The notes under the pieces were generated by a model. That model was given only the letters and a program-made list of their open reading frames with translations, had not been told where the DNA came from and did no database searches. Shown here piece by piece: positions 9,701-18,223 of a DNA stretch of 64,000 nucleotides. The first letter of the stretch is position 1, and the number at the start of each line of letters is the position of its first letter. The stretch covers positions 672,001 through 736,000 of the forward strand of contig CP066684.1 of the NCBI GenBank assembly GCA_016432325.1. Direction: 5' to 3'. Both the position numbers and the translations under genes were made by a program. This stretch comes from Candidatus Aenigmatarchaeota archaeon. Lineage in GTDB: Archaea; Aenigmatarchaeota; Aenigmatarchaeia; PWEA01; JACQIF01.

Positions 9701-10430
9701 CGAAAAGGAAAAGGTCGACGTCGTTGGTGTGGCCGGCCCATGTAATATTGACGGTCACGGACGTGGCGTTGACGATGGCGCTCGTGTTGAAGTAGTACCT
9801 GTGGTCCTCGCTCTCGTTGATGTCGAGCTTGCCGCGGAACTGGCCCACGCCGTTCGTCGCTCCTGACGTGCTGAGGCTGTTGTTGGCGTCGATAGGAATG
9901 TCCATAATCACCGTTATGTTCGCGTAGTGCGTCGCGTTGGTGGAGTTCGTGACGTTGAGCAGGCCGTAGTACCGCCCCGGAGGACATGCCCTTGCGGCCG
10001 AGAAGAGGACCGTCAGGTTCTCGTTGGCTGTCGTGAGGGGGATCGTTATGTTCGTGCGCACGTCTGTGCCGTTCTTGACGAAGAGGGGCGTCTGGGCGCC
10101 TGTGCTGCCGCAGCTGGCGGAGCCGTAGCCCGACGTGCCCGTGGCCCAGTCGTTCTCTGTGCCCGGCTGCGTGTAGTTTCTCAGAACCGTGTGCGTGTTG
10201 TTTATCACGGCCGCTATAAGCGCTGGTATGGCCGTATCGTTGCGCCATATCGTGATGTTGGCTTCGTATTGCCTGCCTGTGTCGGCCGTTGTCCAGTTGA
10301 GGCGTATCGTGTCCTGCGTGACGTTGAACTGAGCCGGAACCGGGAGGCTGTACACAACGGCTTCGGCGACAGAGGCCGCAAGCAGGCCAGCAAGTATTAC
10401 AGCGGCGACCAAAGCCAGTTTACGGTCCAT
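6744..10430 (-). CDS. Large secreted, membrane-anchored surface glycoprotein (S-layer/adhesin-like, Ig-like domains)
   Basis: Signal peptide, very dense N-x-S/T sequons, poly-Ser linker, CARDB/NPCBM-like VKNTGD segment, coiled coil, C-terminal TM helix. Confidence 0.8.
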   Translation of the reverse strand: MDRKLALVAAVILAGLLAASVAEAVVYSLPVPAQFNVTQDTIRLNWTTADTGRQYEANITIWRNDTAIPALIAAVINNTHTVLRNYTQPGTENDWATGTSGYGSASCGSTGAQTPLFVKNGTDVRTNITIPLTTANENLTVLFSAARACPPGRYYGLLNVTNSTNATHYANITVIMDIPIDANNSLSTSGATNGVGQFRGKLDINESEDHRYYFNTSAIVNATSVTVNITWAGHTNDVDLFLFDENNVFLTGSSGRNLSETLTFMYPQAARMFNVRVYGNNTTSQIDYQGPGGFLIYGTLNATNASTSATLNRINFTGLAPSERHTVNIVLTNTGSINQTNVTEASELYLMQRFSSNAPTGAQNFTLRVPDFVTKIDARLNWTGGVNYTLRLIKPDGTLVGTSSNKSHLSNKTGSVSEEFVTFTPSGATIGFDDDGTWTVEVANNTAGPVLYNVTAKLFINASAWIMSNYTTRTFNQTGLTNNYGTHQINLTAQNDTLSGEVGGRLRYTSLSGAIHDIPLNSTVVTAELMVNSTYNRSTITITDNIGVNRTGLGSILLNISVNNTGNADLTFDARANSTGLNLTSNSSKFLDFSTTDPTGTLSANTGSNLNLTITADTLETLNTEGLYVGWVTLNDTGARPYQTFNLTVRVNLTSEIDVRVRDALHVGNNEIENVTQTNNITVAAEVFYKNGTEITDMINATGNFTVYIFEGNTSTRYPSSGTLNVTNESITSTDDVPLLQNGRYEFNATLPPDSARPGGYYSVFVGASDVRLGTTLKGNGTNSTIRVNNSGLYFVAIDSTSVTVADNSVAYFNFSVRNLGTFAPGGFINISTNSNLVITPDAENSTACTDGTKVGNGFRLESVTAANSIDPDGTEVCRLAFKLDPNNVTSSTSATLTISATGEAADYGDLSISLTITDADSSSSSSSSSSSDSSSDTTADEAAAEETAEEDVLDIASYPADVEIVQGGNKSVDIGVKNTGDTTQSGVELAVEGVDASWFGVDPESVDILADETVTFAVSYAIPADAAIGEHAITYKASNADNEGSVTATLTVQPSNETKAKIEATYAAKLQNITTVETRINDLSKRGYNLTEANATLAELKEKMRLAGEAIASGDYIEANALLAEADELLSKLHLQLAEAVPASGTSLLLIAGIVVAVAVGGLVVYMFLPPAKQATTVGGFTYGPPDGGSPLERAKQRLKALVEKIKQKLPKKKTGVTFNVPQGGQA

Positions 10431-10510
10431 CCAAGCCCCTCACGTGCCTGATACTTGGACGCGCCATATAAATCTTCGGAGCTGAGGAGGCGCGCTGTCA
10501 TTAAAGGCTT

Positions 10511-11008
10511 TCAGCATATATTCTGGCCCTTTTCCTCCAGAACGGCCTTGCTTATCATGAACGGAACGTCCGCGCGCAGCGCAATCGCCAGCGCGTCGCT
10601 GGGCCTCGAATCCAGACGAAGCACAGTGTCTCCGGAACGCAGGACGAGTTCCGCGTAGTATATGTCATTCCCGAACCTCGTCATCGCCGCCTCTTCGACG
10701 GTGATGTTGAAGCTGCTCAGCGTCTCCGCGTAGAGGTCGTGTGTGGTCGGCCTCAGTTCAACGGTCTTCTCCTTGCCCAGCCTTATCGAACGGGCCTGGT
10801 CCGGCGTCGTGTCGGCCACGATGGCCGTGCAGTCGCGGCCGATTATGAGCGTCGTTCCCTGTATATCGATGACGTTCGCCTCGACGAACTCCGGTCCTCC
10901 GAAGAGTCCTGCATATTCTGCGGCGGCTGTGGCGGCCAGAAGGAGCAGCGTAAGTATCAGGAGTTTTACGACAAAGGGCATCTGCCTGCGCGGGGCGCGG
11001 TGCTTCAT
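10511..11008 (-). CDS. Bifunctional nuclease (DUF151) family with N-terminal TM helix
   Basis: RPTTHDL, YYAEL, LDSRPSDALAIALR. Confidence 0.8.
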   Translation of the reverse strand: MKHRAPRRQMPFVVKLLILTLLLLAATAAAEYAGLFGGPEFVEANVIDIQGTTLIIGRDCTAIVADTTPDQARSIRLGKEKTVELRPTTHDLYAETLSSFNITVEEAAMTRFGNDIYYAELVLRSGDTVLRLDSRPSDALAIALRADVPFMISKAVLEEKGQNIC

Positions 11009-11122
11009 ACGGCCGATTGTTCCGGCCGGTATAAAAAGGATGTTGGCGCCCCCGGTGATGCACACTTTTTAAGAAAAAGTGTGGGCAAAAAACGACGTCC
11101 GTGCGACCTAAGATATAGAGGT

Positions 11123-11232
11123 TGGCGCCCCCGGTGGGATTCGAACCCACGACCCCTTGCTTAGGAGGCTTGCACGCCTTGAACCGAGATCCAAAAACAA
11201 AGTGCTCTGAATCCAAACTGAGCTACGAGGGC
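11123..11232 (-). tRNA. tRNA-Arg(CCT) with 30-nt intron at 29/30 (11170-11199)
   Basis: Acceptor GCCCTCG/CGGGGGC, encoded CCA; anticodon stem CTT^GC/GCAAG restored on intron removal; BHB helix GCAC/GTGC. Confidence 0.9.
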
Positions 11233-11285
11233 ACTGTCCGAATTAACGAGAAGGTTTATTTAACTCTTCCTTCCGGGATATTCGC

Positions 11286-11648
11286 ATGCAAACCCTCGAT
11301 GGCGACGCCCTGAAACAGGACGACGCTATGAGGCTCAGCGGCGACGTGGAACTCAGGTTCGTCCATTACAACGAGCTGCAAGGCCTGCGGGATTTCAACG
11401 GGCGGCTGAGGGAGCTTTCGCTGCGCATGTATTTCCCCGTCTTCAAGAAGTCGGGCGACGGCCGCACATTCTTCGACCCGGCGCTGGTCAAGCCCGATGG
11501 CCTGACAGGGGAAGATTTCAGCTACTACGAAAGCGGGCGCCTGCGCGCGACGTGGCATGAGTGCGACGACTCCGAGGGAATGGGCGGTTGGGTCTCGTTC
11601 TACCTGAGCGCCGAAGAGGTCAGGACGCTTGCAAAGGAAGCGGCCTAG
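11286..11648 (+). CDS. Hypothetical protein
   Basis: 120-aa ORF, typical codon usage, upstream TTTATTTAA. Confidence 0.55.
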   Translation: MQTLDGDALKQDDAMRLSGDVELRFVHYNELQGLRDFNGRLRELSLRMYFPVFKKSGDGRTFFDPALVKPDGLTGEDFSYYESGRLRATWHECDDSEGMGGWVSFYLSAEEVRTLAKEAA

Positions 11649-13462
11649 ACGAAGACCTTTACCTCTTTACTCGTCGCCAACGCGTTCACCAGCTTCTTGC
11701 CGAGGTCCGAGTCCTTGGACAGGCGTATCTGCGACGTCTTCCCAACGGTCGCCGTGAACAGGTACTCGTCGGCGATGTACGTATTCGCGTTCTTGCCGCG
11801 CATCTTGTCCTCGAAGAAGAGCACGATGTACGCGCCCGTTTCATCGACCTCGAACGGCACCTGCTTGCCCAGCGTTTCGACCTTGGGCTGCACGTCTATG
11901 GAAACGCCGAGCTTGCGTTCTATCTCCGAGATGTTCTTGCCGGCTTTCCCGATGAGGCGTGGAATCATCTCGTTCTTCACCTTCACAACTACGCGCGTGT
12001 CGCTGATGAACTCCACCTTCATTCCGGGATCGAATTCGCGCAGCGCGTCGCGTATGCGTTCCGCGGCCAGCTTCTTCAGGGGGTCGTCGCGCTCTTCTGT
12101 CACGGGGATAACGACGTTCTCCTCGCCGAAGGTGTAGATTTCGTACTCAAGGTTCGCGGTCTCGAAGTCGCGTATCTCCACGACAGGACGGGCCAGGTCC
12201 TGCTCCGTCATTCCGGTGGGAACGCGGACCTTCATGTCTATCGAATAGACCTTGGCGACGGTCCCGTCCTTGACGTACACGATGGTGTCGAGGATGTGCG
12301 GTATCATGCCGAGCTCCGTCCGTCCGATGAAGCGCTGTATGGCGTCCACGGGCTTCGTCGCGTGCACGACTCCGACCATGCCGACTCCCGCGAGGCGCAT
12401 GTCCGCAAATACGCGGAAGTCCGCCGTCTTGCGAATCTCGTCGTATATCGTGTAGTCCGGTCGCACCAACAGCAGGATGTCCGCGGTGTTCGCCATGTTG
12501 CCGTTCAGGGGACCGTACTGCGTCACCTCCGCAGGGACGCGCAGGTCCCGCGGAGACTCCATGGTCTTGATTATCTTGTCCTGTTTCAGGTAGAACTCCG
12601 CGAGGCTTTGGACAAACGTGGACTTGCCGGAGCCGGGCGGCCCCGATATGAGGATTCCTTCCGCGTGTTCGCGCAGGCGCGCTATCAGTTTTTCAGTCGG
12701 CTTGTAGTCCTCAAGCGTCAGCTTCACGAGCGGCCGTACGACCGTAATCTCGTAGTCGCGGGAGAACGGCGGTTTCGTGATCGCGATGCGGTACTCTCCT
12801 ATCTGTATCACTTCGGCGCCGGTCATCGTTATCTCGAACTGGGCGTCGTCGCGGTGGCGCGCCACGTAGACGATGTTCTCGGCCATCTGCTCGAGTTCCG
12901 CGCGCGTGAGCGCGTCGCGGCGCAGTTTCACAAGCGTCACGTGACCGGGTTTGCCGTGCTTGGCCTGCGGAACGGCCCCTTCCTTCAGGTGCAGGGACAT
13001 CGTCTCCTTATCCAGGAGATCCTCGAAAAGAAGCTTGTACTTCTCCTCTGTCGGCGCCACGTAAAAGACGTTGAGGCCATCGGCCTGCGCGACTTCGGAC
13101 TGCACGAGATCCGCGGTATAAAGCGTCGCGTTGAACTCCTTGGCCGCGTCGCGTATGAGCGCGTCTATGCGGCCCTTCTTCGCTAGCTTTATCTCCTCGG
13201 CCGTCGGGCGGCGTCCGGTCGTCGTTATCTTCAGGCCTTTCGCGTCCGCCAGTTCGCGGAGCTTCTTTATCTCCCTGAGGCCGTCGAAACCTATTTCCAA
13301 GCCGCGGTTGGCCTGCGACTGAAGTTCGTCCAGAACCATCTCCGGAATCACGATTTCAACGTCGCGGAGGTCTCCTGCGTCTATCATCTCGGACAGCTTG
13401 CCGTCTATTATTATGCTCGTGTCCGGGACGATACGTTTGACTGATTCGTTGTTCTCTTTCAT
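11645..13462 (-). CDS. PIN-domain ATPase with KH domain (PINA, Holliday junction branch migration)
   Basis: N-terminal PIN (VPDTSIIIDG), Walker A GPPGSGKST, YDEIR, C-terminal KH LIGKAGKNI. Confidence 0.9.
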   Translation of the reverse strand: MKENNESVKRIVPDTSIIIDGKLSEMIDAGDLRDVEIVIPEMVLDELQSQANRGLEIGFDGLREIKKLRELADAKGLKITTTGRRPTAEEIKLAKKGRIDALIRDAAKEFNATLYTADLVQSEVAQADGLNVFYVAPTEEKYKLLFEDLLDKETMSLHLKEGAVPQAKHGKPGHVTLVKLRRDALTRAELEQMAENIVYVARHRDDAQFEITMTGAEVIQIGEYRIAITKPPFSRDYEITVVRPLVKLTLEDYKPTEKLIARLREHAEGILISGPPGSGKSTFVQSLAEFYLKQDKIIKTMESPRDLRVPAEVTQYGPLNGNMANTADILLLVRPDYTIYDEIRKTADFRVFADMRLAGVGMVGVVHATKPVDAIQRFIGRTELGMIPHILDTIVYVKDGTVAKVYSIDMKVRVPTGMTEQDLARPVVEIRDFETANLEYEIYTFGEENVVIPVTEERDDPLKKLAAERIRDALREFDPGMKVEFISDTRVVVKVKNEMIPRLIGKAGKNISEIERKLGVSIDVQPKVETLGKQVPFEVDETGAYIVLFFEDKMRGKNANTYIADEYLFTATVGKTSQIRLSKDSDLGKKLVNALATSKEVKVFV

Positions 13463-13525
13463 TTGTTTTCACCTTTTTGTTTTTCTTCGCAGCCGCCCGC
13501 AGGCGGATGTAAGAGTATGATGCGA

Positions 13526-14782
13526 CTACGCGAGGTCCCGTGCTGTCATGACGTTCATCGTTCTCGGTATGCGCACGCGTTTCTCGAGCTTCATTCCTAT
13601 GACGTTCCTGACGTTCTGGGCCTTGGCGAAGTTGATTAGTTTCTGGTCTACTGTCCCGTCCAGAACGACCGTGTGCGTGCCGTCGACCTCGCGCATGGCG
13701 TTGAAGACCTCCTTGGTCGGAATCTTACCGAGCACGTCCAGCCTCGCGTCCAAAAGATACGCCGCCCGAGTGCCTGTGAGGCCGTCGAGCACGTCCTTGA
13801 GACGGGCGACGTTCTCTTCTGTCATGCCGGCGGGTCTGCGCTTCGGCCGCTGGGCCTCTTCTTCAGCAGACTCCTCCTTAGACTCGGGTTCGCGTTCGGC
13901 GCGCAACGGCGTCTTCTCTTCCGTATAGTTGCCGCGCGTGCGATCCTCGAACGGTTTTTCAAGGTCGCGGCGCGCCGTTTCTATGGTTACGCGTTCGCGC
14001 AGCGACTTGTAAATCTCCTTCTTCGTCAGCTCTTCGACCTCCTTGCCGTATGGGGCGCGCGCCACGAATTCCAGTTCGACGCCCTTTTGGACCATCTCCC
14101 TGAGTATCAGGTCGCCTCCCCGGTCTCCGTCCAAAAACGCCGTCACGGACTTTCTTTTGGAAAGTTCGACGACCGCGTCAGGAACGGACGTGCCTTCCAC
14201 GGCTATCGTGTTCTTTATTCCGTTTCGCAGCAGTTTGAGCACGTCTGCGCGCCCCTCGCAGACCACGATTTCTTCAGAGACTTCGAGGTCTGGGCCGCAT
14301 GGAAGGCCTTTGTAAGACATCACTTCCGACGTGCGAACGGCGCCGACTACTTCTTCCATCATCTCGGTGCGCTCGGGCATCTTGTCTTCGAGCTGCGAAA
14401 GCAAGTCCTTGGCGCGCTCGACGAGATACTTCCGCTTGTTGGAACGGACGTCTTCAACTTTGTCTACGGTTATCTTGGTCTCGCACGGGCCGATGCGTTC
14501 AATCGTTTCGAGCGTGGCCGCTATCAGGGCAGTTTCGCTCGCGTCGAGCGAGGACGGGATTTCAATCATTCCCTCGCTCTTGCCGCCCTCGCTCTTGAGG
14601 GAGACCTCTATCCTGCCGATTCGCCCTGTGCGCTGCAGTTCGCGCAGATCCATGTCCGCGCCGAGGAGTCCCTCGGTCTGTCCGAAGACGGCTCCTATCA
14701 CGTCGGGCTTGTCTATGACGCCGCTTGCTGTGAAGCGGGCTACTATCGTATACTTTGATGTTGCTTGTGCCAGTTTGGCCAT
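13526..14782 (-). CDS. dnaG: Archaeal DnaG (primase-like, exosome-associated)
   Basis: DKPDVIGAVFGQTEGLLG..DLRELQRTGRIGRI, EGRADV, FLDGDRGG; GGAGGT SD. Confidence 0.95.
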   Translation of the reverse strand: MAKLAQATSKYTIVARFTASGVIDKPDVIGAVFGQTEGLLGADMDLRELQRTGRIGRIEVSLKSEGGKSEGMIEIPSSLDASETALIAATLETIERIGPCETKITVDKVEDVRSNKRKYLVERAKDLLSQLEDKMPERTEMMEEVVGAVRTSEVMSYKGLPCGPDLEVSEEIVVCEGRADVLKLLRNGIKNTIAVEGTSVPDAVVELSKRKSVTAFLDGDRGGDLILREMVQKGVELEFVARAPYGKEVEELTKKEIYKSLRERVTIETARRDLEKPFEDRTRGNYTEEKTPLRAEREPESKEESAEEEAQRPKRRPAGMTEENVARLKDVLDGLTGTRAAYLLDARLDVLGKIPTKEVFNAMREVDGTHTVVLDGTVDQKLINFAKAQNVRNVIGMKLEKRVRIPRTMNVMTARDLA

Positions 14783-15150
14783 TGCTATTACCTCCATTGT
14801 ACCGGCCAGAACGAGAGTCGCCTATTATACACTCTATCTTTGTGTTCCCACACTGACGGTGAACATGAGACTCGTTCTCCGGTGATTTTTGATGTTTTGT
14901 TATCGCGTTTACCAACGATGACGTCTGACTTTTGTAATGGTATTTGGCCCGCCGTTAACTACGCGGCCTCACCGTTGGCCTCAGAGGCCATCTCGTCCGG
15001 TGTGATCCGACAGGCGCAAACGTTCTTTCGGTATTGGGGTATCATTCTCTCATACAGCACGTCGCGCATAGCGCAAACAGCAGGCTTCAAGAATCGATTC
15101 TCAATACCTGCTCTGATAGGGGAGGGGTAGTTATTTAAGCGTATCTGTAG

Positions 15151-15165
15151 TATAACAGTGTTATA
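15151..15165. promoter_or_regulatory. Palindromic operator, copy 2
   Basis: TATAACAGTGTTATA about 10 bp from a minus-strand TTAAATA box facing dnaG. Confidence 0.55.
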
Positions 15166-15313
15166 TTCAGGGGATATGTGTGCCTAAAAGGGTCGTATAT
15201 GGTCTATTCGCACACAATGCGCATGTTTTGAGCATCTGGCGACGAAAGAACGACGTATACGTCTTTTTGCACGCCGACCGCTGACTATCTTGGGAAGCAA
15301 ACGAAAACGCGGA

Positions 15314-15835
15314 CTATCCTTTCACCATTTTAGGCAACAAATCAAAGAAGCTCTGGACCTCGTTCTTCATCATCAGCAGCTTGCGCGAAGCCTCTGCCTT
15401 GTAGCCCTCGCGGACATCCTTGTATATCGCCTTCTCGTAGAACGTTCGAAACGCCGCCCAGACTATCGATTTTTGGATGGGCGTGTCCTGCGGGTATTCG
15501 GTCTCGACGGTGGCGCCCATCGTGATATTCACGTCTCCGACGAACTTGATGTCCCCTTTGTGCACGGGCTTGAGTTTCATGTCGATGTTTATCTTATACG
15601 TTATCCTGGTGAACTTGTCCTTGTAACGGTAGGCCTCGATGATCGATTTTATGTTCTCGCTTTCGCCGAGCTTCACGTGCTCGTAGAGCTTCTCGTCTAT
15701 GTTCGCCTCGCTGAAGACCACGCGCTCGGCCAGAATGTTCTTTATTTCGTGGTAGAGCTGCTGCGGGTTCGGCACGTTCTTTACCTTGAGATTCGGCCGG
15801 ACGTCAACGTCGTCCTCGACCTTCAGTTTTGCGAT
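15314..15835 (-). CDS. Hypothetical protein, probable ATC start
   Basis: Frame open 60 nt upstream of the track GTG, up to an ATC directly after GGAGGCGGTCTGA. Confidence 0.65.
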   Translation of the reverse strand: MAKLKVEDDVDVRPNLKVKNVPNPQQLYHEIKNILAERVVFSEANIDEKLYEHVKLGESENIKSIIEAYRYKDKFTRITYKINIDMKLKPVHKGDIKFVGDVNITMGATVETEYPQDTPIQKSIVWAAFRTFYEKAIYKDVREGYKAEASRKLLMMKNEVQSFFDLLPKMVKG

Positions 15836-16378
15836 TCAGACCGCCTCCCTGCATTCGTCGCACAGCAGCTCGCCGCTGACGAGCCGTAGGTCCGTCGTGT
15901 AGTTGCCGCAGGCCTCGCAGAGGTCGTCGGCCTCTGCCTTCTGAACGTCCTTCTTGAGCTCCTCGAGCTCTGCGTACAAGTAATCCATCAGTTCCGGAGC
16001 GACCCGCAGGACGTCGCCGTCGGTGAGTATCCCGGCAAGCTTGCCGCTCTCGACGACCATCAGCCGTTTGATGTTCTTCTCGGCCATGAGTTTCATCGCG
16101 TCCACGAGCTCCGCGTCCGCTCCTATCGTAACAGGATTCTTCGTCATCACTTCCTTGACGCGCGCCTTCTTGGCGTCCTTGTTCGACGCCACGATGCGCT
16201 TGACGATGTCCTCGCTTGTAATGAGGCCTACGAGCTTCTGGCCGACGCAAACAGGAACGGAACCTATGTTTTTAGATAGGATTGTTTTGGCGGCTTCGAC
16301 GACGGTGTCCTCGGGACCTATCCTCGACGGCTTCGCCGACATCGCGTCCGCGACCGTTATTTTGCGCATGTTGCTCAT
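15836..16378 (-). CDS. CBS-domain pair protein with C-terminal zinc ribbon
   Basis: Two CBS repeats (VGLITSEDIV, AGILTDGDVL) and CEACG..CDEC. Confidence 0.9.
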   Translation of the reverse strand: MSNMRKITVADAMSAKPSRIGPEDTVVEAAKTILSKNIGSVPVCVGQKLVGLITSEDIVKRIVASNKDAKKARVKEVMTKNPVTIGADAELVDAMKLMAEKNIKRLMVVESGKLAGILTDGDVLRVAPELMDYLYAELEELKKDVQKAEADDLCEACGNYTTDLRLVSGELLCDECREAV

Positions 16379-16436
16379 TGCTCCTTTCGTTTATTTAATG
16401 CCTTGTAGGTATTATATGGATAAAAAGGTGAGTGGC

Positions 16437-16823
16437 GTGACCAACTACAGGAAAGGAGTTCGCTTCGAGTACCGCGTCCGCGACATCTTCCGCAGGCACG
16501 GCTATGCGGCCGAGCGCAAGGCCGCGTCCTCGCCCTACGACATCATGGTCATGAAAGGCGGCCGTGTCGTGTTTGTTGTCGACGCGAAGAAAACATCCGT
16601 CTCCGGCAAGAAGCATATTCATATCAGCAGGGACGACGTCTCGAAGATAATCAGCAACGCGTCCGTTCTCAACGCGCAGCCGCTGGTCGTCTACGGCTTC
16701 AACATGGGCGACGCGTTTGTCGCGTTCCCCGAAGAGCTCCTGAAGAACGACGGAAAGACCGTGCGTCTGGAGGACGGGATGCTTCTCGAGAAGTTTCTGC
16801 AGAGCTACATTCAGGCAGCCTGA
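16437..16823 (+). CDS. hjc: Archaeal Holliday junction resolvase
   Basis: YRKGVRFEYRVRDIF..GY..R.AAS.PYDIM..VDAK; GTG start after GGTGA. Confidence 0.75.
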   Translation: MTNYRKGVRFEYRVRDIFRRHGYAAERKAASSPYDIMVMKGGRVVFVVDAKKTSVSGKKHIHISRDDVSKIISNASVLNAQPLVVYGFNMGDAFVAFPEELLKNDGKTVRLEDGMLLEKFLQSYIQAA

Positions 16824-16850
16824 AGACCGCGGGGTCTCCGGCCCTGCCTT

Positions 16851-17006
16851 CTAAAAATCCCTGGATTTCCACATGGATGCCGCCAGAAACGCGCAGCCTG
16901 CAAGAGCGGCCAAGACAGCGACAGGCCAGAGCACCGGCCATTTTAAAGCTGCCAGCACCGCCGCGAGCGTAACCGACGTTCCTACGAAGAGCCATCGTTT
17001 GTTCAT
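16851..17006 (-). CDS. Small two-helix membrane protein
   Basis: 51-aa hydrophobic ORF MNKRWLFVG... Confidence 0.45.
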   Translation of the reverse strand: MNKRWLFVGTSVTLAAVLAALKWPVLWPVAVLAALAGCAFLAASMWKSRDF

Positions 17007-17033
17007 ATTGACCACGGTATGATTGTCCGCAGA

Positions 17034-17090
17034 CGGACTTTTCATGAAGGTTTTTGCGCGTTGGCTTACGCGCTTGGCGCAAAAAGCTTC
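17034..17090 (-). repeat. Dispersed hairpin element (REP/MITE-like), free-standing copy
   Basis: 45/57 ungapped identity to 26530-26586, with compensatory stem changes. Confidence 0.75.
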
Positions 17091-17820
17091 AGGGGTACGC
17101 GCGCTTCAGCGTCTTCATCAGCTCCTCGGCGTTTTCTATGCGCGTCAGCGCAACGGGTATGCTTTCCACTTCGCCTATGCGCAGCGCGATTTCGTCCAGC
17201 TCCTTCGGACCCTGGAAGACCACCAGGTTCGGCTTCAGGTTTGTGACCTTCAGGGCGACCATGGGGCTGCGGCCGGACGAGACGTTGGTGAATATCAGGG
17301 CGCGGTCGGTCGTCAGCCCGTAGATGTTGACCAGTTCGGTGGGAGAAAGCTCTATTATGGCCTTTATCGCGTCCACTATGGTATAACCGTAGATGTTCCT
17401 GTCGCCGAGATCCTCGCGCACCATTATCCTGCACTTTATCTCCTTGCAGAAGTCCTTGACGTTTACCGGAGTCGTAAACTCCTTGATGTCAAGCACGGCC
17501 GAAGAGAGGATATTCTTTGACGGGAATGAATAGAACTCGCGCAGAACCCGTCCGCCGCGCCTGTTGTCTATGTTGACAAGGGCCTCCACAAACCGTTGTA
17601 TTATCTTTATACCGGGGCTGGTCCTGCGGCCGGACTCGTAGTCCGATATGACAGACGGCATGATGCGCAACTCGTCGGCAAGCTCGCGCTGGGATATCTT
17701 GAATATGTTGCGCCACTTCCTTACCGTGAGGCCGGGCTTGGTCGAGAGAACTATTTCGCCGCATATCTGTTTGATAAGGTTATCTTCGGCTATCTTATTT
17801 ACGTCCAATGCAGCACCCAA
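17089..17820 (-). CDS. XRE-family HTH regulator (COG1709-like)
   Basis: ICGEIVLS..RKWR..F.ISQ.ELA..SVISDYESGRR.SPG, GRSPMVALKV. Confidence 0.85.
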   Translation of the reverse strand: MGAALDVNKIAEDNLIKQICGEIVLSTKPGLTVRKWRNIFKISQRELADELRIMPSVISDYESGRRTSPGIKIIQRFVEALVNIDNRRGGRVLREFYSFPSKNILSSAVLDIKEFTTPVNVKDFCKEIKCRIMVREDLGDRNIYGYTIVDAIKAIIELSPTELVNIYGLTTDRALIFTNVSSGRSPMVALKVTNLKPNLVVFQGPKELDEIALRIGEVESIPVALTRIENAEELMKTLKRAYP

Positions 17821-17856
17821 TACGTTTTGTCGATGTGGATATTTAAATCTGTCGAA

Positions 17857-18205
17857 CCCTGCCTGACCCTTTCGTTTCGTCTGGAACGTCGGTATTCGTT
17901 TTTCGTGAAAACGAAACGCATGGATATAGATATAACACTGTTATATCAAGATATAGATAAGAGAGGGATGTTGCAGTGGAAACGATGGGGTGGGAGGGTC
18001 TTACGAGACGTCGAAAGAGATACGACGCTAGCCCCAAACATTTCAGATCAAGAACGCACAGACGTCCAAACCGCCGGTTATATTTACTCACATAGCACAC
18101 ATTCTATAAACGTTCAAACCATCGCTTCGTGTGGAGAAAAGCTTATATACACCCTCGTTTCGTATAGAGAATTCGCTCGCTTACCATGGTTTCGTATGGA
18201 GCGCG
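17857..18205. other. Probable chromosomal replication origin (oriC) with ORB elements
   Basis: ORB-like GTTGCAGTGGAAACGATGGGGTGGG (+, 17970) and GTTCCAGACGAAACGAAAGGG (-, ending 17887); weaker minus copies near 18151-18202; AT-rich segments; directly upstream of cdc6. Confidence 0.8.
17931..17945. promoter_or_regulatory. Palindromic operator, copy 3, inside origin
   Basis: GATATAACACTGTTATATC extended dyad in the AT-rich segment between two ORBs. Confidence 0.6.
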
Positions 18206-18223
18206 TGTGGGGGTTGGTCGCGA

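Noticed and set aside
11561-13186. 541-aa plus-strand ORF
   Set aside because: Antisense shadow of the PINA gene; typical of high-GC3 coding DNA, no motifs
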